A stretch of DNA of 64,000 nt from Elusimicrobiota bacterium (lineage in GTDB: Bacteria; Elusimicrobiota; Elusimicrobia; UBA1565): contig JACPXC010000010.1 in NCBI GenBank assembly GCA_016196755.1, positions 7,802 through 71,801 on the forward strand, written 5' to 3'. Below are positions 13,550-30,799 of this stretch, one piece after another. Every line of letters begins with the position of its first letter. Within the stretch, counting starts at the first letter, position 1. The notes under the pieces are model-generated. The model searched no databases, was not told the DNA's origin, and was given only the letters and a program-made list of their open reading frames with translations. Both the position numbers and the translations under genes were made by a program.

Positions 13550-13908
13550 AGATCCTGATCATCGAGGACGACTACGCCTTGGCCGACAACATCACGGCCC
13601 TGCTCAAGCTCCGCGGCCACGAGGTGGGGTTCGCCCCGGACGGCGAGGCGGGCATCGAGGAGGCGCGCAAGTTCCGCCCCGACCTCGTCCTGCTCGACAT
13701 CATGATCCCAAAGGTCGGCGGCTTCGACGCCTGCCGCATCCTGCGCGGCGACCCGCAGACGATGAAAGCCAAGATCGTCATGATGACGGGTCTCGACCGC
13801 ATCGACGACGTGGAGCGCGCGTTCTCCAGCGGGGCCGTCGGCTACATCATCAAGCCCTTCGACAGCGAGCGCCTCTTCAAGAAGATCGACCAGGTGATGC
13901 GGGCGTGA
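13546..13908 (+). CDS. Single-domain response regulator
   Basis: KILIIEDD, LLDIMIP, MMTG, YIIKPF; GGGAGG RBS. Confidence 0.92.
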   Translation: MKILIIEDDYALADNITALLKLRGHEVGFAPDGEAGIEEARKFRPDLVLLDIMIPKVGGFDACRILRGDPQTMKAKIVMMTGLDRIDDVERAFSSGAVGYIIKPFDSERLFKKIDQVMRA

Positions 13909-14609
13909 CCCCGCGCGCCGCGGCGCGCCGCCTTCTGCGCCGCTACGGGCCCCAGGGCTGGTGGCCGACGACCCCGGCGGGCAAGTTCCGTCCGGTCTAC
14001 CGCGCCCGCCGCGGAGCCCCGCCGCCGCGTCAGGCCTTCGAGGTCTGCGTGGGCGCCATCCTGACCCAGAACACCAATTGGGGGAACGTCGAGCGCGCGC
14101 TGGAGGCCCTCCATCGCGCCCGCGCGCTCGACCCCGCGCGCCTGGCCGCGATGCCGCGCCCGCGCCTCGAGCGGCTGATCCGCTCCTCGGGCTATTTCCG
14201 CCAGAAGGCCGAGCGCCTGCGCTCGTTCGCGCGCTGGGCGGGCGGGGCGGCCGAGCTCTCGGGCCGCCTGCGCCGAGGGTCCCTCAAGGCCCTGCGCGAG
14301 GAGCTCCTCTCGCTCAAGGGCGTCGGGCCCGAGACGGCAGACTCCATGCTGCTCTACGGCGGCGCGCGCCCGGTATTCGTGGTCGACGCCTACACGCGCC
14401 GTATCGGCTCGCGCATGGGCTGGTTCCCCGCGGCGGCCGGCTACACCGAGGTCCAGGACTTCTTCACGCGCGCCCTGCCTCCATCCGTCGCCGCGTACAA
14501 CGAAGCCCACGCCCTCATCGTGCGCCTGGCCAAGGAGCACTGCCGGACCAAGCCCGTCTGCCGCGCCTGCCCGCTCAAGGCCGGCTGCGCCGCCGGGAGG
14601 AACGCATGA
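13905..14609 (+). CDS. Endonuclease III-related HhH-GPD protein with 4Fe-4S cluster
   Basis: GAILTQNTNW, KGVGPETADS, FVVDAYTRR, C-x6-C-x2-C-x5-C. Confidence 0.88.
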   Translation: MTPRAAARRLLRRYGPQGWWPTTPAGKFRPVYRARRGAPPPRQAFEVCVGAILTQNTNWGNVERALEALHRARALDPARLAAMPRPRLERLIRSSGYFRQKAERLRSFARWAGGAAELSGRLRRGSLKALREELLSLKGVGPETADSMLLYGGARPVFVVDAYTRRIGSRMGWFPAAAGYTEVQDFFTRALPPSVAAYNEAHALIVRLAKEHCRTKPVCRACPLKAGCAAGRNA

Positions 14610-15676
14610 ACGCCCTCGACCGTCTCGACGCCGCCCGCGCCGCGCTGGCGGAGGACGCCGCGCGGGCCCTGCGCCTCTTGCCCGGAGCGGCCGCCTTGCC
14701 GAGGCCCCTCCGCCCGGAACGCGACCTGGTGGCGGCCGAGGCGCTGCGCGCGATGGGCTTCTTCACCCGGGCGGAGCGCCTCTACGCCGCGGTGCTGGCG
14801 CGCTCCCGCGGGGCGGCCGATGCCGCGCTCCGTACCGAGGCCGCCTTGGGCTCGGCCGCCGGCTTGCGCGCGCTCGGAAAGACCGTCCAAGCCGGCGCGC
14901 GTCTCGCCCTGGCGCGGGGTGCGGGCCTCAAAGGCTTCGCGGCGCGACTGAAGCTCGAGGAGGCGCTGGTCCTGCGCGCCGCCGAGCGTTACGCGGAGGC
15001 CGTGGCGTTGTTGAAGCCGATGCTGGCCGCCTCGCTGCGCAAGCGGGCCTGGGACGAGGCCGCCTTCCTCTTCTGGGCCATCGGCGGCGCTCGGCGCTTC
15101 CAGGGCCGCCTGGCCGAGGCGGAGGCCGCGTTCGATAGTTCCCGGGCCATGGCCAAGCGCGCCGGGGACCGCCCTGGGCAGGGCTACGCGCTCTTCGGCA
15201 TCGGCGGCGCCGCGCGGGTGCGCGGCGACCTGCTCGGTTCCGAGAAGGCGTACGGGGAGGCCGCCCGCCTCTTCGCCGGCTCCGACGACTTCTTCGCCCG
15301 CGCCTACGCCGCCTGCGGCCGCTCCAACGCCTTGCGCCAGCTCGGCCGCCTGGCCGAGGCCGAGCGCGGCTACCGCGAGGCTTACCGCCTCTACTCCAGA
15401 CTCGGCGACGCCGTAGACCTGGCCTACGTCGACTGGGGCTGGGGGGAAGTCCTGCTCAAGCGCGGCGCCCTGAAGCCCGCCCTGTCGCGCTTGCGTGCCG
15501 CCGAGCGCGCTTTCCGAGCCGGCCATGAGACCCGCGGCGTCGTCCTCTGTCTCCACTCCAGCGCCCGGGCGCTCCACTCGCTGGGCAAGACCGCTCAGGC
15601 GGAGCGCCTGTTCTCCGAAGGCTTGGCGCTGGCCCGCAACGCCGGCATCCACACCCACCTCGAATCCTTCACCTGA
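14606..15676 (+). CDS. Tetratricopeptide repeat protein
   Basis: Repeated helical motifs (GRLAEAE twice; Ala/Gly spacing typical of long TPRs); ATGA coupling. Confidence 0.7.
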   Translation: MNALDRLDAARAALAEDAARALRLLPGAAALPRPLRPERDLVAAEALRAMGFFTRAERLYAAVLARSRGAADAALRTEAALGSAAGLRALGKTVQAGARLALARGAGLKGFAARLKLEEALVLRAAERYAEAVALLKPMLAASLRKRAWDEAAFLFWAIGGARRFQGRLAEAEAAFDSSRAMAKRAGDRPGQGYALFGIGGAARVRGDLLGSEKAYGEAARLFAGSDDFFARAYAACGRSNALRQLGRLAEAERGYREAYRLYSRLGDAVDLAYVDWGWGEVLLKRGALKPALSRLRAAERAFRAGHETRGVVLCLHSSARALHSLGKTAQAERLFSEGLALARNAGIHTHLESFT

Positions 15677-15682
15677 GCTGTT

Positions 15683-17311
<1,629 letters not shown>

Positions 17312-17314
17312 CCG

Positions 17315-18090
17315 CTAGCCTCGAGAAAGCAAAGGCCGCGCCGCCAGCGACTCGAGCAGACGATCGACCTGCCCGCGGTGCGAGAGGACGAACTGCGCCG
17401 CCGAGGTCTTCACTTGGCCGATGCGGATCGTCAAGGCTCTCGGCCCCAGCGTGCGGAAGCCTTCCTCGTCGGTGAGGTCGTCTCCGATGAAGAGGCCCTT
17501 CCAGCCTCCCGTCAGACGCTTGCGGATGGCGTCCAGGGCGTGCCCCTTGTCCCAAGGCACGGTGGAGCGGATGTCGAAGGTCTTCTTTCCACGGAGGATC
17601 CGGTATCTGTCGCGCAGACCCATGAACCTGGCTCGCACCCGGTCGGCGAGGCGCCGCACGTAGCGCTTGGGCACCTTGCGGTAGTGGACGGCCAGGCCCA
17701 GGCGCTTGGGCTCGACGACCGCGCCGGGAATCCCCTTGAGGTCTTCCTCCAACTGGCGCCAGATCGACGCGTCCAACCTGCCGACGTGGGGATGGGTCCA
17801 TTCAAGCCCCGGGCCGTGGATCTGCAGGCCATGATTGCCGGCGTAATAGACGCCTCGGAGCCCGACCCGGCGCTTGATGTCCTCCAGCGCGCGGCCGCTC
17901 AGGACCGCCACCCGGATGTCCGGCCTCGAGATCAAGGCGCGCAGCAGCCGTCGCGTGCCCGGCGTCAGCACCGCGTCTTCCGGAGACCCGACGAGATCCG
18001 AGAGCGTTCCGTCGAAGTCAAGGCCCAGGAGGATGCGCGAGCTGAGAAAGTCGTCTTTCCCCAGGCGATCCTGAACGCGGGTCCAGTCCT

Positions 18091-18094
<4 letters not shown>
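17315..18094 (-). CDS. otsB: Trehalose-6-phosphate phosphatase
   Basis: HAD motifs LDFDGTL, SGR, YAGNHG, WDKG, FIGDDLTDE; GTGA overlap with otsA. Confidence 0.92.
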
Positions 18095-20352
<2,258 letters not shown>

Positions 20353-20479
20353 GGATTAACGCGACTGGATGGCGGCCCGACCATCCAAATCCTCCGGAGA
20401 AGGTCTCCGGACCCTTGCTGACACTCTAGTGTACATCCCTTGACGGGAAGTTGCCAGTGGCGCTCCCTAAGCGGAACCT

Positions 20480-22336
20480 TTACTTCTTGTAGGTGGAGGC
20501 CAGGCGCCGGGCGGCGTAGAAGAGGCCGATGGCCGCGAGGGTCAAGCCCGCGTTGAGCCCGAGGAAGACCGAGGCGGCGGGGAAGGCGTCGAAGAGCAAG
20601 CCCAGGGCCAAGGAGGACAGCAGGACCATCCCGAAGGCCGCGGCGGTCAAGAAGCCGAAGGTGCGTCCGCGGAGCTCGGGGGCCAGGCTCTCCTGGAGCT
20701 TGGAGCGCAGCGAGAGGTCGCTGGCGGCCCAGGACAGCGCGCGGAAAGCGACGAACGGAAGAATCCACCAGACCGACGGCGCGAACGTGAAGACCCAGAC
20801 CCCCAGGAGTCCCACGGACATCAACCCGACCCAGAACGGCGAGCGCAGCTTGGCGGGGGCGGAGTCCGAGAGGTTGGTTCTCATCAGCAAAACGGCCCCG
20901 ATGAGCTCTCCGAAGTTCGAGGCGCCCATGAGCCAGGCGGCCGCCGAGGGGTCGCCCAGCAGGGTCTTGGCCGCTACGGGGATCAACAGGCTCTCGAGCA
21001 GGCGGTGCAGGACCAGCGGGACGGCCAGCGCCAGCGACGCCCAGAGCACCAACTGGGAGGACCGGACCGCCGCGGCCCCGGCCTTGAGGTCTTCCCAGGC
21101 CCGGGCCAAGATGCGCGCGACCCCCCCGGCCGCGCTCCTCGCCGCGGATTCTCCCACGGGAGACGCTTTCATCCTCGAGAAGGCCCAAGCGGCCAGGAGG
21201 AACGCCGGGGGATGGAGGGCCAGGACCGGCACCACGCCGAACATCCTTATGAGCACTCCGGCGAGGAGCGCGCCCGTGACTCCGGCGATCTCGTAGGCGA
21301 TGTGGACCTTCGAGTTGAAGACCTTCAGGTCCTGGCCGTCGTCTCCGATCAGGGTGGGAGGGATGACCTGGCGGGCCGTATCGGAGACCCCTGCCAGGAT
21401 GCCGGTAGCCACATGCAAGCTCAGGATGGCCGCGGGATGGGCCAGGGGAACGCCTAGGACGGCCTGGGCGGCGAAGAGGGAGAGCAGGCCGGCCACCGTG
21501 ACCGCCTGGAGTCCGATGCTCCAGGTCAGCACCTTGGTGGCCGAGTTCCGGTCGAGGAGGCCTCCCCCGACCGAGGAGCCGATGATCTGCGCCAGTCCCC
21601 AGCCCATGGCCATCCCGGCGGCCCATTTCGCCTGTCCGAAGACGACCAGCGCGATGAGCGGGACAGCCAGACCTAGCGACTCCGCCCCGACCTTGAAGAG
21701 CGCGGTACCGGCGATGTACAGGCGCGTCTCGACGGCATCCGGCGTCTTGGGAGCCGGGGTGGACTCCTCTTGAACGGCGTTGACCCGGCCGGCCGCGCGC
21801 CGCAGCCCGGAGCGAAACAGCGCTGGAACGACGGGCGCGTCCACGGCGCCCCGGTCCTCGAATGAGCGCGGCCCCCTCAAGCCGAGCAGGCGCTGGAAGC
21901 CCCGCTCGGCGGTGCCATGCGCCGTGGAAGCAGAGGAGTTGGGAACGGCCGCGGCGTCCTTAGCGGCGGCGACCGTCAGGCGTTCGACGCGGGCGGGGAC
22001 GGACTCCTGGCGCGGGGCGGCCGCCATGGCCTCGCTCCGCGGAACCGCCGAAACGGACGCGGCCGCGCGTATCGCGGCGGCGGTCACCGGCGCGGCCACC
22101 ATTGCGGGGCGCAGGCTTGGGACAGCGAGGAGCGGAGACGGGGTCAGGCCTGACGGCAAGGAGAGGGACGCATGCGCGAGGCCTGCCGCCGGCGCCACGA
22201 CGGCGAAGCCCGGAGCCATCGGACGTACGGCAGGGACGGCTACGGTCCGAGCCAACTGCGCCGCGACCGGTGGGGGGACCGTCGCCAGGGCCAGCGCGGC
22301 GACCAAGAAGCCGGCGAACGTCCGACGGAACCTCAT
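20480..22336 (-). CDS. MFS transporter with signal peptide and long Ala/Pro/Ser-rich N-terminal extension
   Basis: About 12 TM helices, GGLLDR motif A and LRGRTFG motif. ATG 22336 lies 7 nt after TACAAT. Confidence 0.75.
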   Translation of the reverse strand: MRFRRTFAGFLVAALALATVPPPVAAQLARTVAVPAVRPMAPGFAVVAPAAGLAHASLSLPSGLTPSPLLAVPSLRPAMVAAPVTAAAIRAAASVSAVPRSEAMAAAPRQESVPARVERLTVAAAKDAAAVPNSSASTAHGTAERGFQRLLGLRGPRSFEDRGAVDAPVVPALFRSGLRRAAGRVNAVQEESTPAPKTPDAVETRLYIAGTALFKVGAESLGLAVPLIALVVFGQAKWAAGMAMGWGLAQIIGSSVGGGLLDRNSATKVLTWSIGLQAVTVAGLLSLFAAQAVLGVPLAHPAAILSLHVATGILAGVSDTARQVIPPTLIGDDGQDLKVFNSKVHIAYEIAGVTGALLAGVLIRMFGVVPVLALHPPAFLLAAWAFSRMKASPVGESAARSAAGGVARILARAWEDLKAGAAAVRSSQLVLWASLALAVPLVLHRLLESLLIPVAAKTLLGDPSAAAWLMGASNFGELIGAVLLMRTNLSDSAPAKLRSPFWVGLMSVGLLGVWVFTFAPSVWWILPFVAFRALSWAASDLSLRSKLQESLAPELRGRTFGFLTAAAFGMVLLSSLALGLLFDAFPAASVFLGLNAGLTLAAIGLFYAARRLASTYKK

Positions 22337-22434
22337 CGGCTTGATTGTAGCCGCCTGGCCGGGGCGGCCTCCGGGCCCAAGGGCCCAGGTCATCCGCGTC
22401 AATCGGCCCAGCGCGGCAGGGGCTTGCCTTCCTA

Positions 22435-23163
22435 CTACATCTCGAAGTCGTGGCCCAGGTAGAGCTCGCGGGCCTTGGGATCCTCGACGAGCTCCTTCGA
22501 CGAGCCCTGCATGAGGATCTGGCCGTCGAAGATCAGGTAGGCGCGCTCGATGATGGGCAGGGTCTCGCGCACGTTGTGGTCGGTGATGAGGATGCCGATC
22601 CCCCGGTCGCGCAGCGAGAAGATGGTCTTCTTGAGCTCGCCGACGGTGATCGGGTCGATCCCGACGAAGGGCTCGTCGAGCAGGATGATCTTAGGGTCCT
22701 GGATCATCGCCCGCGCCACCTCGAGCCGCCGCTTCTCGCCGCCCGAGAGGGTCCAGGCCTGCTGTCCGCGCAGGCGCCAGAGGCCGAACTCCTCGAGCAG
22801 AATCCGGACGCGCTCCTCGCGCTCCGCGGCGTCCGGGGTGGTGCGCTCGAGGATGGCCAGCAGGTTCTCGGCCACCGATAGGCCGCGAAAGACGGTGGGC
22901 TCCTGGGCCAGGTAGCCCAGGCCGTGGCGGGCGCGCGCGTACATCGGCTCCTTGGTCACGTCGATGTCGTCGATGAGGATGGCGCCGTCGTCGGGGCGCA
23001 CGAAGCCGACCAAGCTGTAGAACGTCGTCGTCTTGCCCGCCCCGTTGGGGCCGAGGAGGCCGACGATCTCGCCCGAGCGCACCTCGAGGGAGATCCCCTT
23101 GACCACGCGGCGCTGGCCGTAGTTCTTGACGATCTCCTTGGCGGCAAGGCGCATCGGCGTCAT
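22435..23163 (-). CDS. lptB: LPS export ABC transporter ATP-binding protein
   Basis: GLLGPNGAGKTTTFY, YLAQEPTVFR, LSGGEKRRLEVAR, ITDHNVRETL, YLG..F. Confidence 0.95.
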   Translation of the reverse strand: MTPMRLAAKEIVKNYGQRRVVKGISLEVRSGEIVGLLGPNGAGKTTTFYSLVGFVRPDDGAILIDDIDVTKEPMYARARHGLGYLAQEPTVFRGLSVAENLLAILERTTPDAAEREERVRILLEEFGLWRLRGQQAWTLSGGEKRRLEVARAMIQDPKIILLDEPFVGIDPITVGELKKTIFSLRDRGIGILITDHNVRETLPIIERAYLIFDGQILMQGSSKELVEDPKARELYLGHDFEM

Positions 23164-23212
23164 GGTCGCCTCCTACGGATCATCGGTCGACCATTCCCTG
23201 CGCTATGCTCGG

Positions 23213-23911
23213 TCATGGTCGGATACCGCCCTTGTTCGGGAAGTGGATCCAGCCGTGGGCGCGGCCTTTGCCGGTGACGCGCCGCCGAGCGCCGTCGAGC
23301 GCCAAGCCGGTCAACTGGTCGGCCTGCACCGCGGCGGCCCAGTCCGGGCCGCGGGCCGACAAGGTGGGACGCCGGCCGCCGAGCTCGAGTTTCTTCTGAG
23401 CGTGGTAGAAGCGCGCCACCTCGGCGCGTATCTCGCCGCGCTCCTCGCGGAACCAGGCGTCGCCCTCGAGCCGCGCCTCGCGGCGCGGCAGGTCCCAGGC
23501 CAGCTTGCGGGCCCGCCCGCGCCCCTGCTCGCCCCCCGCCGGCTTGAGCAGGTGGATGCGGACCGGGTCGTCGGAGCCGCGGCCGACCAGCCAACCGGTG
23601 CCGTCGCGCCGGTCGTGGGAGGAGCGCTCTCCCTCGGCGGACGCCAGCGTGCCGTCCTCGAGCCGTTCCTCGGCACGGATGGCGCCCCGCGCGTCGATGC
23701 GCCTCTGGTCGTGGTCGTAGAGCGCCCAATCGGCGCGCAGGCGGCGCCCCTCGCGCCGATACTGGACGTCGCCGGTGAACTCCTCCACCTTGTGCGCGCC
23801 GCGCTTGATGTCCCACTTGTTTGAACGGACCACGGAGCCGATGAGCGAGGGCTCTTGGGCGGCGGCGCCGGAGGCCAGCGCAGCGCAGAGCGCGGCCGTC
23901 AAAAGCCTCAT
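23213..23911 (-). CDS. LptA/OstA-like periplasmic beta-jellyroll protein
   Basis: Signal peptide, FTGDV...LRAD jellyroll motifs; lies between lptC and lptB. Confidence 0.65.
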   Translation of the reverse strand: MRLLTAALCAALASGAAAQEPSLIGSVVRSNKWDIKRGAHKVEEFTGDVQYRREGRRLRADWALYDHDQRRIDARGAIRAEERLEDGTLASAEGERSSHDRRDGTGWLVGRGSDDPVRIHLLKPAGGEQGRGRARKLAWDLPRREARLEGDAWFREERGEIRAEVARFYHAQKKLELGGRRPTLSARGPDWAAAVQADQLTGLALDGARRRVTGKGRAHGWIHFPNKGGIRP

Positions 23912-24417
23912 CGCTTGGGAGCCTCGGCCGCCTTGATGCGGGTCTCCTGATGGTAGATGGTGATGTTGTCTAGGGTGGCGTCGGCCTCGAGCCCGCGGCC
24001 GTGGAGCACGGCGTCGGGCCGCTCGACGACCACGGCTTCCTCGGTGCGGAAGCGCTCGGTCTCGGCCGAGTAGTCGAGGCGCTCCGTGCGCAGGACGGTC
24101 TTGTCGGACAGCGAGGTGATGACGACCTGGCCGACCAGGGCCACGTCCTTGCCGTCGCCGCGGACGGTGGCCGTGAGCGAGCGCGCGGTCGAGGCATGGC
24201 GGCCGTCGCGGTAGAAGCGGATCTCCGGGTGGTCGAGGACCGCCGCGCCCTCGAGCGACACGCGGGCGACAGGAGCGTCCAGGGCCCAGATGCGCACGCC
24301 TTTGGCGGTCTGCGTCATCGCGAACTCCTGCATGGTCTGGCTGGCCTCGAGCGGCGCCGGAGGACCCTCCCGCGCGCAGGAGGCGAGGGCCAGCGCCAAG
24401 GCTGGCAAGAGCCTCAG
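23908..24417 (-). CDS. lptC: LPS export periplasmic protein LptC (lipoprotein)
   Basis: Lipobox LASC; W.L.A, LRTERLDY and GRGLEAD motifs. Start is uncertain (CTG 24417 or TTG 24408). Confidence 0.75.
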   Translation of the reverse strand: MRLLPALALALASCAREGPPAPLEASQTMQEFAMTQTAKGVRIWALDAPVARVSLEGAAVLDHPEIRFYRDGRHASTARSLTATVRGDGKDVALVGQVVITSLSDKTVLRTERLDYSAETERFRTEEAVVVERPDAVLHGRGLEADATLDNITIYHQETRIKAAEAPKR

Positions 24418-24664
24418 CCCTTCTTGAGCCAAGGGGTGAGCTCGGCCGGGATATGCCGGATGTTGTAGGGCTTGGGCAGCTGCCTCAGGGCGAAGGTGAC
24501 CGTGAAGTAGAAGACCGTGATCAGCGCGTAGAGGATGCCGAGCGTGCGGGCGTGCCACTTGAAGTCCGGGAACCAGGCGGGCGGGACGCTCAGGTCGAGG
24601 CCGCACTTCTTGCAGACCTTGGCCGTCTCCTTGTTGTCCTGGGTGCAGTTGGGGCTGGGACACT

Positions 24665-24668
<4 letters not shown>
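24414..24668 (-). CDS. Small zinc-ribbon membrane protein
   Basis: CPSPNC...CKKCG followed by one TM helix; GTGA-coupled to kdsA; genome-typical codon usage. Confidence 0.7.
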
Positions 24669-27869
<3,201 letters not shown>

Positions 27870-27873
<4 letters not shown>

Positions 27874-28862
27874 GCCGCCCCCTCGGCCAAGGCCGCGCGC
27901 AGTTCCTCGCGCGTCGTCGTCGCCGTGCCGAGCTTGCCCACCACCACGCCGGCCGCGGCGTTGGCGAGGATGGCCGCCTCGAAGAGCTTAGCACCCGAGG
28001 CCAAGGCCAGCGCCATGACGGCGACCACCGTGTCGCCGGCGCCGGTGACGTCGAAGACCTCGCGGGAGCGGGCCGGGATGTGGCGGATGGCGCCGCCGGC
28101 CTCGAAGAGGGTCATGCCCTTCTCGCTGCGGGTGAGGAGCAAAGAGCGCAGGCGCAGGCTCTTGAGGATGCGCCGGCCCAGCGCGCGCACCGCCTCCTCG
28201 CCGGCTTTCGGGGTCAGGCGCATCCCGCCCCAGGCCTCGGCCATGTTGGGCGTGATGCAGTCGACGCCTTTGTAGAGCTTGAAGTGCTCGACCTTCGGGT
28301 CGACGATGACCGGCACCCCGTGCTTGCGGGCGGCGCGCAGGGCCCCGTGCGCCACGGCGCGGGTGACGACGCCCTTGCCGTAGTCGGAGATGACCAGCGC
28401 GTCGGATTGGAGCACGGCGCGGCCCAAGCGCTCGAGCAGCTCGCGCTGGAGGGCGGCCGGCAGAGGGTGGGAGCTCTCGCGGTCGACGCGCACCACCTGC
28501 TGGTGCTCCGCCACGATGCGGCACTTCTGGGTTGTGATGAGGGTCGGGTCGCTGAGGATGGGGGAGGTGTCCATCCCGCGCGCGCGCAGCTCAGCCAGGA
28601 GTTGGCCGCCGGCGGCGTCGGCGCCGATCGCGCTGACCAAGGAGACGGAGGCGCCCAGGGCGGCCAGGTTGCAGCAGACGTTGCCGGCCCCGCCGGGCAT
28701 CCAGGAGTCCTCGCTGACGGCGACGACCGGGACGGGCGCCTCGGGGGAGATGCGGCCGACCTTGCCGCGCACGAACTGGTCGAGCATCAGGTCGCCGACG
28801 ACGAGGACGCGGCGCTTGGGGAACAAGTCGAGCAGCGCGTCAGGACCGCGGCGTTTGACCAT
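27870..28862 (-). CDS. rfaE1: D-glycero-beta-D-manno-heptose-7-phosphate kinase (HldE kinase domain only)
   Basis: GDLMLD, RISPEAPVPVV, SDYGKG, DVTGAGDTV, VVGKLGT. Confidence 0.93.
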
Positions 28863-28893
28863 GACAGGCGAATATATCAAATAGGGGGTGAGG

Positions 28894-29982
28894 CTATTTT
28901 CCTTTCCAGACCGGCAGGGTGAACGAGAAAGTGCTCCCTTCTCCCACCGCGCTCGTCACCCAGATCTCCCCGCCGTGGCGTTTGACCAGGTCGCGGCAGA
29001 GGAAGAGGCCGATCCCGAGGCCGCGCTTGACGCCGTCGTCGGTGCCTTGCACCTGATAGAGCCGGTCGAAGAGCTTCTCCGCCTTGTCTCCGGGGATTCC
29101 GCAGCCGGTGTCCTTCACCGAGACTCGGAGGAACTCCGCGCCGCCTTCCCATAGCCCGGCGCTGACCGTCACCGTCCCGCCCTTCGGCGTGAACTTGACG
29201 GCGTTGCCGACCAGGTTGATCAGGATCTGCCGCAGGCGGACCGGATCGGCGTGGGCCGCCGGGAGGTCGTCTGGGACCTCGGCGGAGAGGGCCAGTCCCT
29301 GCGCGGGACGAGACTCGGAGAGCAGGCGCAGGACCTCGTCGATGACGGCCGGCAGCCCGACCTTCTCGGGGACGACGGTCAGCTTCCCGGTCCCGGTGCG
29401 CAGCAGGGCGTCTAAGTCCTCGACCATCCGCATCAGCTGCGCCAGGCTCCGGGCCGCCAAGCCGGTGGCCCGGCGCTGGTCGGGCGTCAGTTCCCCGAAG
29501 ACTCCCTCCTCGAGCGAGCGGACCGCCGTATAGACGCAGGAGAGCGGGACGTTGAGCTCGTGGTTGACGTTGTGCAGGAAGTCTTCCTTGAGGCGCTCGA
29601 GTTCCTTGCGGGCGATGGCGTAGCGCAGGGAGCGAGCCAGGTTGTCGGCGGCCTGCCCCTTGATCAGGTAGTCCTGGGCGCCCTGCTGGAGCGCGGCCAG
29701 CGCCACCGACTCCTCGTCGAGGCCGGTCATCACGACGATAGGGATGGAGACGACGGCGGCCCGGGTCTTTTGAAGCGTGTCGAGGCCCATGCTGTCGGGC
29801 AGCGTGAGGTCGAGCAGGATGACGTCGATGCCACCCTCGGCGACGCGGTCGATGCCGCGCGAGAGGCGGTCGACGACTTCCAGCGCGAAATTCCCGCCCG
29901 GCGTCCGGCTGAGCGCCTTGCCGATCAGGTAGGCGTCGTCGGCGTCGTCTTCTATGAGCAGGACGGAGGTCGTCTCGCTCAT
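28894..29982 (-). CDS. Cytoplasmic hybrid receiver + histidine kinase
   Basis: N-terminal REC (IEDD, LLDLTLPD, DYLIK), H-box HELNVPL, N-box NLVGNAVKF, DTGCGI, GLGIGL. Confidence 0.92.
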   Translation of the reverse strand: MSETTSVLLIEDDADDAYLIGKALSRTPGGNFALEVVDRLSRGIDRVAEGGIDVILLDLTLPDSMGLDTLQKTRAAVVSIPIVVMTGLDEESVALAALQQGAQDYLIKGQAADNLARSLRYAIARKELERLKEDFLHNVNHELNVPLSCVYTAVRSLEEGVFGELTPDQRRATGLAARSLAQLMRMVEDLDALLRTGTGKLTVVPEKVGLPAVIDEVLRLLSESRPAQGLALSAEVPDDLPAAHADPVRLRQILINLVGNAVKFTPKGGTVTVSAGLWEGGAEFLRVSVKDTGCGIPGDKAEKLFDRLYQVQGTDDGVKRGLGIGLFLCRDLVKRHGGEIWVTSAVGEGSTFSFTLPVWKGK

Positions 29983-29989
29983 GGTCGCT

Positions 29990-30799
29990 TCATCGCTCGA
30001 TCTTCTCCAGGTACGCCGAGATGCTGCCGATGATGATGTCGACCTGCATCAGGACCGGGATATGGCGCTCGTCGTCGGTCAGCCAGATCTGCAGGCTGCG
30101 CCCTTTCTGGATGAAGATCCCCTCGCCGCGCAGGACCGGCTCGACGACCACGCAGGAGAAGCGGCCCGCCGGCACCTTCACCGTCTGCTTGCGGTTGACT
30201 TTGATCGTCAGCGGCCAGTTCGACTTGGTGTTGACGTCGAGGATGATCTCGTCGCCCACAGCCAGGCGCTTGGGGCGGAGCAGATAGATGCTCGAGAGGA
30301 TGTCTTGGACCGCCCCGGGGATGGTCCCGGTCGAATAGCTGAAGCCGCCGTCGCGCTCGGTGCGCTTGGACAGGAAGCCCTTGTCCTCGTAGTCGAACAG
30401 GACCCATTCGTCGCGGAAGAAGTGCCCTTCGCGCAGCTGCTTGGAGTAGCCCAGGCTCTTGAGGTCCCCGACGTCCATCCAGGCCTCGTTTAAGTCGCGG
30501 ACCTTATAGAAGCGGTCGGCGAACGGAGTGCTCCTGGCGGTGGAGACGATGTGGTAGGCGGGCTTGCCGTTGAAGTCTACGACCTCCTTTATGGCGAGGT
30601 CCGACTTCCCCATCGACACCACGCCCCACTTGACCTCGTAGGTGAGCTTCTCCGGGAAGAAGTTCACCTTGGTCCAGTCCTGCGAGTACGGAACGGTCCC
30701 GCGCACGAGGTCGGCGGGGGAGGAGACCGTCCGGCTCGAGAGCTTCACCGCGGCGTCGGCCGGTGTCGACAAGAGCAGGATGGCCAATAGCAGGGTCAT
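29990..30799 (-). CDS. DUF3108 family exported protein
   Basis: Signal peptide; EKLTYEVKW, FYKVRD, QDILS, VKVPAGRF, IWLTDDERHIPV. Confidence 0.75.
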   Translation of the reverse strand: MTLLLAILLLSTPADAAVKLSSRTVSSPADLVRGTVPYSQDWTKVNFFPEKLTYEVKWGVVSMGKSDLAIKEVVDFNGKPAYHIVSTARSTPFADRFYKVRDLNEAWMDVGDLKSLGYSKQLREGHFFRDEWVLFDYEDKGFLSKRTERDGGFSYSTGTIPGAVQDILSSIYLLRPKRLAVGDEIILDVNTKSNWPLTIKVNRKQTVKVPAGRFSCVVVEPVLRGEGIFIQKGRSLQIWLTDDERHIPVLMQVDIIIGSISAYLEKIER

